Source of the DNA: Deltaproteobacteria bacterium TL4
Lineage (GTDB): Bacteria; SAR324; NAC60-12
DNA: 46,582 nucleotides
Assembly (NCBI GenBank): GCA_051382335.1
Contig: JBBCAX010000135.1
Span: forward strand, 1 to 46,582
Direction of reading: 5' to 3'
Shown here piece after piece: positions 9,197 to 17,984 of the stretch. Made by a program: the position numbers and the translations under genes. The notes beneath the pieces were generated by a model. It searched no databases and had not been told where the DNA came from. It was given only the letters and a program-made list of their open reading frames with translations. The stretch's first letter is position 1. The number at the start of each line of letters is the position of its first letter.

Positions 9197-12100
9197 GACG
9201 TAAAAATAATGGAAAGAGGTGGTTTGGGTTGTTTTCGGTTTATCATGATCAATGTTAATGATGGCAATAACTTCAGTTCGAACTTTAGGTTTAACGTTAA
9301 ACACCACAAGATCTGAAGTTTCAATGATTTGAAATAAGCCTCGTCCAGCGCCCCCCTTATTGATTTGAAGTGAGCCGGCTTTGCCTTCATAACAACTTTT
9401 AAGATAACTCAAAATGGTTTTTCGATCAAAGGCTCCGAAAGGATCTTCGACAGAAACAGCCACCAAAAGTCCATCACAAGCATAACGGAATTTTCCTTGC
9501 TCCTGAGGTTTTAAATGAATCTCCGTAGTTCTGGACAGGTGATTGTAAAGCGGGGTTCCTTTCGCGTCGACAGGGGCATCATAGATGGCGTTCATGAGTA
9601 ACTCTTCAGCAATCATCGCGCATTTAGTTACAATAGATCGACGAACTCCCATTTGCGTGAAATAATTTTCCATTTCTTCAGTCCATTCGTGCCGAGTCGC
9701 GCTACGATTCACCGTATGTTGTCGAACTTCAACACCCCAGCTTAAATATTTTTCCAGGCCAAAAAGGTCATTAGAAACCAATTTACTGACGGTGGTAAAA
9801 ATATTCTTTAGCGTGAACGCCCGGTCTTCATCATTACGAGACACAATGTTAGAGAGGAAAGGGTACTCCTCAAGAATGGGAAGATAGACAGGCGCATTCT
9901 CAGAAGTCATGAACATCGTTTTGATCTCAGGATTGATCGCAATGGCGTCTCTGGCCAAGGTGATCAACTCAGCATTGGTACAGATGATGTCATACTTTTG
10001 TGTCTTCAGGTATTGACGACCTTCTTCTAAACTTGAGGCAATATCCAGTTCCATGCCGGTGCCACCCAAAGCCATTTTCGCAATCAATTGCTGCTTCCGG
10101 TTTGTTTCGGTCAGGAGTATGCGCTTGCTCTGCATCGCTTGTTCAGACAGGTATAAGGATTGAAAAGGTCTCAGGCTTTCTTCAATATCATAGTAGGTTC
10201 GAACCGCTTTACGCGTGTGATCGCCCAAATTTGTGTCAGGATTATTTAGAATGTATTCCAGGTGTTCTTTTAATATAGGAAAGTCGGTTTCATGCAAGGA
10301 ATGTAAGCGTTTTAATAACTGATCTTTGGTGCTGTCCAAGTCCTGGAGTTTACTATGACTGGCTTGCAGTTCAATCAGTTGCTGTTCCAGGGATTCTCTT
10401 GATTGTTTCAGTTCCTGACTGGTTTTTCTCAAGTTTTGGCTGACCAGTTCCTGAGCTTCCAAGGCATTTTGTAATTCCTTGGTCCGACGTCGGACCTTAT
10501 CCTCCAAGCCCAAGGTAACACTGATATTTTCAAGAGTAATCGAAAGAAATTGCACTAACATATCGACAGATTCACGGTGATCCGCAGTCACTGACGAGAT
10601 TTCAATACCTTTCAATTCAAGGGCTCCTAATAAGGTATCATGACGCCAGGCGACGATGCCCAGGAGGTCCCTGTTAAAATGAGAACCGGTTGTTCTTTGC
10701 TGTTGGGTTAGTTGTTTCGCAAACTCCGGCATTTCTTCAGAAAAGGTGTGGAACAAATCCTTGACGCTTTTTAAATAGAGGAGGGGTTCTCCCTTGGCGG
10801 AATGGATGATGGGGAGTTGAAATTGAGCATAGCCACCGCTTCCATCGGATAAGGTTTCATGAAAGGAAATGTACAATTCTGCTGAATTTTTGATAGGAAG
10901 CACCTTGATAATCGCTTCCGCAACATGCGTCATCGTATGAAACATATCATAAGAGGCTGCAACTTCTTGCGTACTTTTCTGAAGACGCGAAAGATTTTCA
11001 ATGGCTTGTTTATGGATTTCCAACACTTCCGCCTGGGCCTTTACTTTTTCTAAACGCAGCACATTGATGCGATCCGCCAAACCTAAAGACAGCAAGATGA
11101 CTTCTATGATAGAACCGATTTGAAGGCCATTACTGCTGAGGATATTAGGAGTAATGAGACCCAGGGTTTTTAAAATATAAAAAATCACGCCTATAAACAA
11201 ACTGATGAAGGCTAAAACAAAATACTTTGCGGGACCATAGCCTTGTCTCCAACTTAGGATCCCGGAAATGAACAAGCAGCAGGTTAAGACAAAGGCATTC
11301 ACCGCATTCAGGGTGGCAACCCCTGTAAACCCCAGAGGTATGCCAAAGGCCAGCACACCAAAAGGGATGAAGATCCCAAAAGTCATCACTTTATGCAGGT
11401 TAGGCGTATAACGATGGGTTAATAAAAAATGTTGAGCAAAAAGCAAAGCCCAACCAAGGAGAACAGGAATACAACAAAGGTTAAACCATTTGGCAAAAAA
11501 GGGGTAGTCCGGCCAGAAGAGTTGATAGGCAAGTCCATTTTGAGATAGAGTGAAGAGGCCAAACGTAGAAATATACAGCACATAAAAAAGATAACTTTTA
11601 TGCCCGGTTGCGGTATAAATGAAAAAATTGTAAAGCACCATGCTCAAGAGGATTCCATAGTACAAACCCAAACCCGCGTATTCCAGAGCTTTATATTCGT
11701 TAAATTTTTCCTGGGACCACAGAATCAGCGGTATTTGAAGCGTTTCCTCACTTTCAAATCTCAGATAATAGGTTAACTCTGAGTTGGTATCTATCGAAAG
11801 CGGAAACAGAAAAGTTCGATGAACCAGCGGTCTGGTGTAAAAAGGGTAGGCCATTCCTACGCGGTTTAATTGCTGAACTTGTGCCCCTTTTTGAACGTAG
11901 AGTTCAATATACTCAATGAGCGGCCAATCAATTTGAAGTATCCATTGGGTCCTCGAGGTATGGGTGTTGTCAACTGTGAATTTAATCCAGTAGACTGAGG
12001 TTGTGAAACCGAAACTGGGCACACCTCCTTCATTTGCGATAAACGGCGAACCGCCTTCTGGCGAGGTCACCATCGCGATATTCAATTCTCCTTTGGGATC

Positions 12101-12325
12101 TTCAAGAACCTCCAAGTGCGAGTCTAAACGGTATTGCCCCTGTTCGTTACTCAATACCAGGGAAGGTGCGGCCTGAAGCCAACTGGAAGATGACGAAACG
12201 AGATAAACAAACACCCCCCATGAAAACAGGACCCGGAATAAAAATCGGGAACATAGCTTTACGCCTGAGGCCTGTTCTTTTCGGAAGGGATTTCTGATGG
12301 AAGAAGGCATATTGTATGATGTCAT
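9194..12325 (-). CDS. 7TMR-DISM membrane sensor with coiled coil, degenerate REC-like and C-terminal ATPase-like domains
   Basis: 7TMR-DISMED2 (FGFTTSVYWIKF, YYLRFES) and 7TM-DISM (GLYYGILLSMVLYNFFIY, LSLGLADRI); C-terminal ELLMNAIYDAP, DPFG, GAGRGL. Confidence 0.75.
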   Translation of the reverse strand: MTSYNMPSSIRNPFRKEQASGVKLCSRFLFRVLFSWGVFVYLVSSSSSWLQAAPSLVLSNEQGQYRLDSHLEVLEDPKGELNIAMVTSPEGGSPFIANEGGVPSFGFTTSVYWIKFTVDNTHTSRTQWILQIDWPLIEYIELYVQKGAQVQQLNRVGMAYPFYTRPLVHRTFLFPLSIDTNSELTYYLRFESEETLQIPLILWSQEKFNEYKALEYAGLGLYYGILLSMVLYNFFIYTATGHKSYLFYVLYISTFGLFTLSQNGLAYQLFWPDYPFFAKWFNLCCIPVLLGWALLFAQHFLLTHRYTPNLHKVMTFGIFIPFGVLAFGIPLGFTGVATLNAVNAFVLTCCLFISGILSWRQGYGPAKYFVLAFISLFIGVIFYILKTLGLITPNILSSNGLQIGSIIEVILLSLGLADRINVLRLEKVKAQAEVLEIHKQAIENLSRLQKSTQEVAASYDMFHTMTHVAEAIIKVLPIKNSAELYISFHETLSDGSGGYAQFQLPIIHSAKGEPLLYLKSVKDLFHTFSEEMPEFAKQLTQQQRTTGSHFNRDLLGIVAWRHDTLLGALELKGIEISSVTADHRESVDMLVQFLSITLENISVTLGLEDKVRRRTKELQNALEAQELVSQNLRKTSQELKQSRESLEQQLIELQASHSKLQDLDSTKDQLLKRLHSLHETDFPILKEHLEYILNNPDTNLGDHTRKAVRTYYDIEESLRPFQSLYLSEQAMQSKRILLTETNRKQQLIAKMALGGTGMELDIASSLEEGRQYLKTQKYDIICTNAELITLARDAIAINPEIKTMFMTSENAPVYLPILEEYPFLSNIVSRNDEDRAFTLKNIFTTVSKLVSNDLFGLEKYLSWGVEVRQHTVNRSATRHEWTEEMENYFTQMGVRRSIVTKCAMIAEELLMNAIYDAPVDAKGTPLYNHLSRTTEIHLKPQEQGKFRYACDGLLVAVSVEDPFGAFDRKTILSYLKSCYEGKAGSLQINKGGAGRGLFQIIETSDLVVFNVKPKVRTEVIAIINIDHDKPKTTQTTSFHYFYV

Positions 12326-12491
12326 GCGGCTATTTTAGATTGAAATGAGATTAATATTCCTAATTGCATGTAACACTTTCAGACAGACACGACAAGAGTT
12401 GATTCACCTTTATAGCAAATATATTTTTTTGGAACACGGTTCAAATTTAATGGACACTTGAAGGGACGCGTCGAGGTTCCCTGTGTTTTGC

Positions 12492-13493
12492 TTACGGGCG
12501 CAGATACAACTCAGCAAGTTCGTTATAAGCGTCCTTGAGATAGCTTACGAACACTTCAATCTGGGGCAACATGGCTTGACAGGAGGTTATGGTAATTGTC
12601 ATTTTCCCACTATAACTGAAAGCGCAAATCACAGCCCCCATGCCATCATAAATGGAAGAACCAAAATAGATTGACTTTAACTCGCAACCCAGAGCGTATA
12701 ACGGCTTTCGTGGGCCAGGAATATTGGTAGTGGATAAATTAAAGACTGCGGGCAAGTTCAATTCGTGTCTTTGTTGAAAAACGGGAATACCCGTTTCTCC
12801 AAGGAAGGGAGGGAGGATCTGTAACGCGGTCAAGGCCAGTTCAGGAGGAGCCATATTGTAAAGTTCTTTGGCTGAAGTGGTATACTCATGCATTTTTTTC
12901 AAACGTTGTGTAGGATCCTTTTCGGTTGTGGCAAGCTGAACAAAAACTTGAGTGACACGATTTCCCATTTCATAGTTTTCGTGATCTTTTCTGATTGAAA
13001 TCGGAAGAGAGGCCACCAACGGAATAACTGGTAACTCTTGTTTTTCCGCTAAATACCGGTGTAACGCTGCAGAACACAAGGTTAAATAGACATCATTGAT
13101 CGTTATTTTGGGATCAACCGCTTTGCCGATGGCGCGAATTTTAGCCAAAGGCAACTCAACCCCATCCCAAACTCTTGGGAGAGAAACCTGATCGTTAAAA
13201 CAGGTTTTGGGCGCTTGGGGGCTGGTGGGTAAAGACTGAAAGCCTTTTTTATAGATGTGAGTAATGTAATTTTTTGCGTTTTTTGCCAAGTAGGTCAACA
13301 ACTGCCCTAACTGGTTTGGAATATTGGCTGAATTTTTTAAAACTTGATGGAACAGTTCTTCCTGGTTAGGGGCAGGTTTGGGAATCCAGTGGTCTTCAGG
13401 TAAAGGCGAGGGTTCTCGATTCGGTTCAAGAATGATATCCAGAAATTGTGCGCCGGATAAGCCATCCATCACCACGTGATGCACTTTAATCAA
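12492..13493 (-). pseudogene. 5'-truncated wax ester synthase/diacylglycerol acyltransferase (WS/DGAT)
   Basis: Begins directly at the catalytic HHVVMDG motif, normally >100 aa from the N-terminus; has TINDV, GNRV, FNLSTTNIPGP; upstream sequence is an Rpn fragment. Confidence 0.75.
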
Positions 13494-13813
13494 TGCCTTC
13501 GTTTACTTCCATTTGAGTCAGTAAGGATGGCTTGGCTTATTTGACCGTGAAACGCGGTTCGCAGCAGCAGTTGCGCTATTTTGCTTTGGTCTCCCCTTTA
13601 AAATCTCCTAAGCCGTATCCTGACTGATCCATCAAAAAGTGAGTAAAGCGAGGGATAAAAACGTCATTCAAGCCCTCATCTTCTACCAAGTCCAAGAACT
13701 CTGTGGAATGATTCCACGTTGACTTTCCTTGATAAAAAACCACGGGGATAATCGCTTTAAGCCTTTGTTGGTCCGGTGTTTCTTTGAACGAGTTATCCCA
13801 AATCCGGCACAGG

Positions 13814-13918
13814 TATAGTGCTCAAGATAAGTTTTGTCCTGGGAGCGAGGGCGTCCCGCCCTCCGGTGAGGGCAAGATGCCCTCGCTCCCAGGGAAAAAA
13901 CTTTCCTGGACAGCTATA
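13814..13918. mobile_element. MITE family A, copy 3, with TA target-site duplication
   Basis: Removing it restores cacaggtacttgag, colinear with the intact paralog (cacatatatttgag). Confidence 0.9.
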
Positions 13919-13924
13919 CTTGAG

Positions 13925-14047
13925 GGGGTTGGGTCTAACTTCGGCCAGGGGTAGCCTCGGGTTTCGTCCCGAGGAACAATGTGCGCAGTATCCCCTGGGA
14001 CGAAACCCAGGGCTACCGTCAAAATGGCCGAACTTAGAGGCAACCCC
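13925..14047. mobile_element. MITE family B (GGGGTTG...CAACCCC termini, internal GTAG-type palindrome) with 8-bp target-site duplication
   Basis: tacttgag at 13917-13924 and 14048-14055; nested inverted repeats ggtagcc..gggtttcgtccc / gggacgaaaccc..ggctacc. Confidence 0.85.
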
Positions 14048-14158
14048 TACTTGAGCAAACGGAACCGCAGCCATTTCTCAGGAGAGGACTGATGCTCAAA
14101 CAGCAAATAGGGGTATGGATTTTGTCTTGAGTCGCTTTTTTCATGGGAAGGTCTCGTG

Positions 14159-14352
14159 TATAGACGTTCATTTAAATAAATTCAGAAAACTCATCCTGTC
14201 GCGAGATCCGTTTAAACAACGCTGTTTCAGGAGTGCCAAAGCTTGCTTTGGCCAGAAAGGCGAAGGCCTTGCTTTGGCTTTGGCCAAAGCAAGCTTTGGC
14301 ACTCCACAGTCTGGGTTAGACTCAAAGGAATTTATTTAAATGAACATCTATA
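14159..14352. mobile_element. MITE family C with 25-bp terminal inverted repeats and TA duplication
   Basis: tatagacgttcatttaaataaattc / gaatttatttaaatgaacatctata (1 mismatch); internal palindrome ggagtgccaaagcttgctttggcca...tggccaaagcaagctttggcactcc; absent from paralogous site near 16798. Confidence 0.85.
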
Positions 14353-14497
14353 GTTTCGATTTGGGATACATCGTCAACGTACCTAAACACCAAAAACCAA
14401 ACAAGGCAAATATTCCTTAAACAGGAACATTGAAGGAGAAGAGGCTAATTCAACTTTCTGGAGTGTTCTCGTAATAAAATACAGAAAAGCTCAACGA

Positions 14498-15508
14498 CTA
14501 CAATAGTTGCTGTTTTAGTTGTTCAAGCATCGACTCTAATTCCTCCATTGTTTTCGCCATCAACGCTTCTTTTGAGTTCTGAGTTTGCTTAAGCACTAAT
14601 TGAAAAGCTCTAACCTGTCCAATCAAGTCACCTTTCTCCAGTCCTTCTTCTCGTCCTTCTTCTCGTCCTTCTTCTCGTCCTTCTTCTCGTCCTTTTTGCA
14701 GTCCTTTTTGCAGTCCTTTTTGCAGTCCTTTTTGCAGTCCTTCTTCTCTGCCTTCTTTTCTGCCTTCAAGCTTTCCCATGCCATAAGACGATTCCACCAT
14801 ACTTGCCTGATAATGCAAATCATCAACATAAGACTCATAAGTGGCTCTTTCCTCCTCAGGAAGTTTCATAATATCCAATTTGTCTTTTGCTTCTTTGAGT
14901 CCCTTGGCCTGAAATTCCGTTTTGATTTCCTCGTGTTTCAAAAAATAAATCCATTCGTCCAGGGGATCTTTAGCGTGATCATCAAACTGATTCACTTTGA
15001 TCAAATAATATTCAGGATAAATCTCATAAATCTTTTGTTTATGATAAAGTTCCTTTTGACTCTCACTTAATTGAAGCTCATCGCTTTTATGAATTCCCTT
15101 AAATGTCGTGGTTCCCCTATAGACATAATCGGCTCCCTGTCCCAGATCAAAATAAAGGATATTGATCGAAATCACCTTCATGATAGTGGAATAAGGTTCG
15201 GACTCATGAATATGTTCGGTGACGATTCTGGAGGTTCCATATAAGATTCTTTGGAGATAATCCTGTTCTCTTTCGTACTGAACTTCAATGAGAATAATAT
15301 CGCCACGGGAATCTCGAACTTTCAGATCAATTCTGTTAAATTTATCCTTGTCGTGTTTCTTCTCTCCCTCACTTTCCAGAATTTCCAGAATCAGGATCTC
15401 CTCTTTCAAAAGCTCACTCAGAAAGCCTTCCAAAATACTGAAATTCGCTTTGCTTCTTAAAAGGCGTTTCATGGCCCAATCAAAAGTAATCAGCCTTCTT
15501 TTTGCCAT
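14498..15508 (-). CDS. Rpn-family PD-(D/E)XK nuclease/putative transposase (PDDEXK_2-like)
   Basis: FDWAMKRLL, RIDLKV..ILIEVQ, LDEWIYFLK; C-terminal GREEG/GLQKG repeats. Confidence 0.85.
   Translation of the reverse strand: MAKRRLITFDWAMKRLLRSKANFSILEGFLSELLKEEILILEILESEGEKKHDKDKFNRIDLKVRDSRGDIILIEVQYEREQDYLQRILYGTSRIVTEHIHESEPYSTIMKVISINILYFDLGQGADYVYRGTTTFKGIHKSDELQLSESQKELYHKQKIYEIYPEYYLIKVNQFDDHAKDPLDEWIYFLKHEEIKTEFQAKGLKEAKDKLDIMKLPEEERATYESYVDDLHYQASMVESSYGMGKLEGRKEGREEGLQKGLQKGLQKGLQKGREEGREEGREEGREEGLEKGDLIGQVRAFQLVLKQTQNSKEALMAKTMEELESMLEQLKQQLL
14641..14762. repeat. 12-nt coding tandem repeats (GREE and GLQK units)
   Basis: tcgtccttcttc and cagtcctttttg units in tandem. Confidence 0.9.
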
Positions 15509-15708
15509 CAGGTCTCCTACAGGTTAAGGGATTGCTCCTAAAGAATCTCAAACGCGTCAATGCTGCTATTCGCTTAAGAATATCTCCTTTTCAGCCTGGG
15601 AGCAAGACGTATTTTGGTGCTCTGACAGGTCATGCGAAACGATTCCTTGAGGTCTGAGAAAGAGGATGCTTGAAGGGAGAACCTAAAGTGCCTGTCCCCA
15701 TCTCCCTT
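15374..15708. repeat. Direct repeat copy 2 (matches 1..353)
   Basis: Alignment by eye with the window start. Confidence 0.9.
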
Positions 15709-15728
15709 CGTCACTCTTCTTGTACTCG

Positions 15729-16784
15729 TTACAAAAGTTGTTGTTTCAGTTGCTCCAGCATGGACACTAAATCTTCCATTGTTTTTGCCATCAACGCTTC
15801 TTTTGAATTCTGGGCTTGTTTCAGTATTAATTGAAAGGCTCTGACTTGTCCTATTAAATCACCTTTCTCCAAGCCTTCCTGACGTCCTTCCTGACGTCCT
15901 TCCTGACGTCCTTCCTGACGTCCTTTTTGCAGTCCTTTTTGCAGTCCTTTTTGCAGTCCTTCCTGACGTCCTTTTTGCAGTCCTCGTTGTTCCCCTTCTA
16001 TTCGTAGTTGTTCCGCGGCATTCATGATTTTTTCTCCTAATTTTTGTGAGTGCGCTTCTTGCGCGATCGTTTGTTGGACTTCTTGAACCGAAACACCTTC
16101 AATGTTCATTAAGTATATCATGAAAAATATTTCATAATCAATGCCTTCATTTGCTTCCATTTGAGTCAGTAAACGCGCAAAGCGGCTGAGTGCCTTTTTT
16201 ATCTGACCGTGAAATGACGTTCGGAGTAACAGTTGCGCGATTTGGGCTTTAGTCTCCCCTTTAAAATCTGCTAATCCAGATCTTGATTGATCAATCAAAA
16301 AGTGAGCGAATCGCGGAATGAAAACAGCATTCAAGCCATCCTGCTCTACTAAATCCAGGAACTCTGTAGAAGGGGTCCAGACGGACTTCCCCTGATAAAA
16401 AACCGTTGGGATAATGGCTTTTAGCTTTTGTTGATCGGGATGCTCCTTAAACGAGTTATCCCAAATCCGGCACATATATTTGAGTAAACGGAATCTGACC
16501 CATTTATCAGGAGAGGACTGGTGCTCAAACAGCAAATAAACAAGCACTTCCCGTTGGGTGTTTTGGAGCTCAACCTGAAACAACAAATCCGATTCACTGG
16601 CTTGGTATTCCTCATCAATGAAGGCCTTTTCAATCAATCTCAAGGAACTCCAGTCGAGTTTTTCCACCAACTCCGAGGGCAGATAACTCTGAAGAAAACT
16701 CGCGGCTTCCTTGGTATCAGAAAAGACCGTTTTGAAAAGCTTGTCGTGTGGGTTATGAATTGTGTCTTGAGTGGATTTTTTCAT
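15729..16784 (-). CDS. Rpn-family recombination-promoting nuclease (YhgA/Transposase_31-like)
   Basis: HNPHDKLFK, SDLLF, YLLFEHQS, RLLKYM, IIPTVFYQG..W; ATG at 16784 preferred over the track's 16853. Confidence 0.88.
   Translation of the reverse strand: MKKSTQDTIHNPHDKLFKTVFSDTKEAASFLQSYLPSELVEKLDWSSLRLIEKAFIDEEYQASESDLLFQVELQNTQREVLVYLLFEHQSSPDKWVRFRLLKYMCRIWDNSFKEHPDQQKLKAIIPTVFYQGKSVWTPSTEFLDLVEQDGLNAVFIPRFAHFLIDQSRSGLADFKGETKAQIAQLLLRTSFHGQIKKALSRFARLLTQMEANEGIDYEIFFMIYLMNIEGVSVQEVQQTIAQEAHSQKLGEKIMNAAEQLRIEGEQRGLQKGRQEGLQKGLQKGLQKGRQEGRQEGRQEGRQEGLEKGDLIGQVRAFQLILKQAQNSKEALMAKTMEDLVSMLEQLKQQLL
15873..15983. repeat. 12-nt coding tandem repeats (GRQE and GLQK units)
   Basis: ccttcctgacgt and cctttttgcagt units. 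Confidence 0.9.
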
Positions 16785-16908
16785 GAGAAAGTCTCGTCTG
16801 GTTTCGATATCAGGATACCTCAGCAACGTACCTAAACACCACATACCAAACAAGGCAAATATTCCTTAAATAAGGACATTAAAGGAGACGATGTCCTCGT
16901 ATTCCCAA

Positions 16909-16975
16909 GTAGGGTGCCGCTTAAGCGCAGCGAGCGCACCACCGTAGGGTGGCGCTTAAGCGCAGCGAGCGCACC
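16909..16975 (+). repeat. Two tandem GTAG-family REPs
   Basis: gtagggtg(c/g)cgcttaagcgcagcgagcgcacc at 16909-16940 and 16944-16975. Confidence 0.88.
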
Positions 16976-17121
16976 AAAACCTGATTTTATTCGTACCCTC
17001 TTGAAACTCGTTTAAGCCGGGACACCTGATGGTAGGCCGGAACTACGTGTTCGGCAAACTCAACGCTCAGAAAAGCGGGGCCTGTAATCCCCGCCTACCA
17101 ATGTTCCGTTTTAAGGGGGTA

Positions 17122-17424
17122 GCCGTCCAAACACAATGCAAATGATCCGGTAACAACACCCAGGCATTGATCTCAAAAGGATAATTTTCTCTTGTTTTCA
17201 CAATCATAGACCGTAACATCTCCCGAAAAATCGGTTCCGTTAAGAACGGTCTCCGTTGATATGTCACCACGGTAAAAAAGTAGGTATAATGCTCAAGATA
17301 AGTTTTGTCCTGGGAGCGCAGGCGTCCCGCCCGCTTTTGCGGGCAAGATGCCCGCGCTCCCAGGGAAAAAATTTTCCTGGACAGCTATACTTCCCGTTTG
17401 TTTCCATCGACGATAATTCGACAT
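17122..17424 (-). pseudogene. rayT: REP-associated tyrosine transposase (RAYT/TnpA-REP) remnant, MITE-interrupted and 3'-truncated
   Basis: Excising 17285-17389 (keeping one TA) gives MSNYRRWKQTGSTYFFTVVTYQRRPFL...FEINAWVLLPDHLHCVWT with the HUH motif; GGAGAG RBS upstream; flanked by REPs in opposite orientation. Confidence 0.85.
17285..17389. mobile_element. MITE family A, copy 4, inserted at TA in the RAYT gene
   Basis: Same arms as 13814..13918; core variant; removal restores the RAYT reading frame. Confidence 0.9.
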
Positions 17425-17450
17425 ATTTTTGCTCTCCCCAAAGATTTGGC

Positions 17451-17481
17451 GGTGCGCTCGCTGCGCTTAAGCACACCCTAC
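17451..17481 (-). repeat. GTAG-family REP between RAYT and the DGR
   Basis: ggtgcgctcgctgcgcttaagcacaccctac. Confidence 0.85.
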
Positions 17482-17535
17482 TGATGGCGGGAACCTTTAA
17501 AAAATAATCAAAAATCAAATAATCCAATACCCAAG

Positions 17536-17676
17536 TCACTGTCCACCTCGGACGCAACGGACATAGTACGTATTAGTCTTATTGCTGCTGTCCACGTAAC
17601 CATTGTAGAAGTACACGTACCACGCATAGCTCGTAAGGTTAGCGTCGGCAGTGGACGACCAATAGTACGACGACTC
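17536..17676 (-). repeat. DGR variable repeat VR1
   Basis: 141-nt match to TR 19483..19623 with 15 mismatches, all at TR adenines (coding strand). Confidence 0.97.
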
Positions 17677-17973
17677 TGTATTGGGAAAATAAGTTGTATT
17701 GATCGCTGGGCTGTAAGTAGAAGTATCCACAATAGATTCAAGTTCACGGTAATGCGGCAGTCGCCAGTCAGTTTTTCCTCCCAAATTCAAGGCTTCACAG
17801 TAATTCAAGGCCGCTTCCCAGGTGCGGGTAACCCCATCATCTTGTTTTTGCCACACTAAATGAGTATTGTTATCTCTGACAGTTTCATTGCCGTTATCCG
17901 TGTATCCCGCATAAACGGGAGTCGTCATTCCCAGCACCAGCATTCCTGTGATCATAATATTTCTGAGTTTCAT
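17536..17973 (-). CDS. DGR target 1: secreted single-domain DUF1566 (Lcl C-terminal, C-type-lectin-like) protein
   Basis: Signal peptide MKLRNIMITGMLVLGMTTPVYA; YTDNG..LVWQK..WEAALNYC..DWRLP..EL..YWSST..YVRCVR; AAGGA RBS before ATG 17973 (track starts at 17988). Confidence 0.9.
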   Translation of the reverse strand: MKLRNIMITGMLVLGMTTPVYAGYTDNGNETVRDNNTHLVWQKQDDGVTRTWEAALNYCEALNLGGKTDWRLPHYRELESIVDTSTYSPAINTTYFPNTESSYYWSSTADANLTSYAWYVYFYNGYVDSSNKTNTYYVRCVRGGQ

Positions 17974-17984
17974 AATTTTTTCCT

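Larger units (their letters stand above)
13490..14143 (-). pseudogene. Decayed Rpn (YhgA-like) paralog of 15729..16784, interrupted by two insertions and an internal deletion
   Basis: 13490-13813 aligns with ~16137-16475; 14050-14109 with ~16480-16538; 14116-14157 with ~16757-16798; upstream 14353-14439 with ~16801-16888. Confidence 0.8.

Noticed and set aside
13793..14074. Small ORFs sharing WERGHLALTGGRDA or GSEGILPSPEGGTPS (also 2975, 9016, 17264, 26867)
   Set aside because: Translations of MITE family A, not a protein family.
14600..15070. Repetitive ORFs (SFFS/SFLQ on +; KKDC/KKDE at 14623..14838)
   Set aside because: Off-frame and antisense readings of the 12-nt repeats inside the Rpn gene.
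17508..17747. 79-aa ORF ending MSVASEVDSDLG, resembling the RT N-terminus
   Set aside because: Alternative-frame shadow of VR1; the similarity arises because the RT start overlaps TR.
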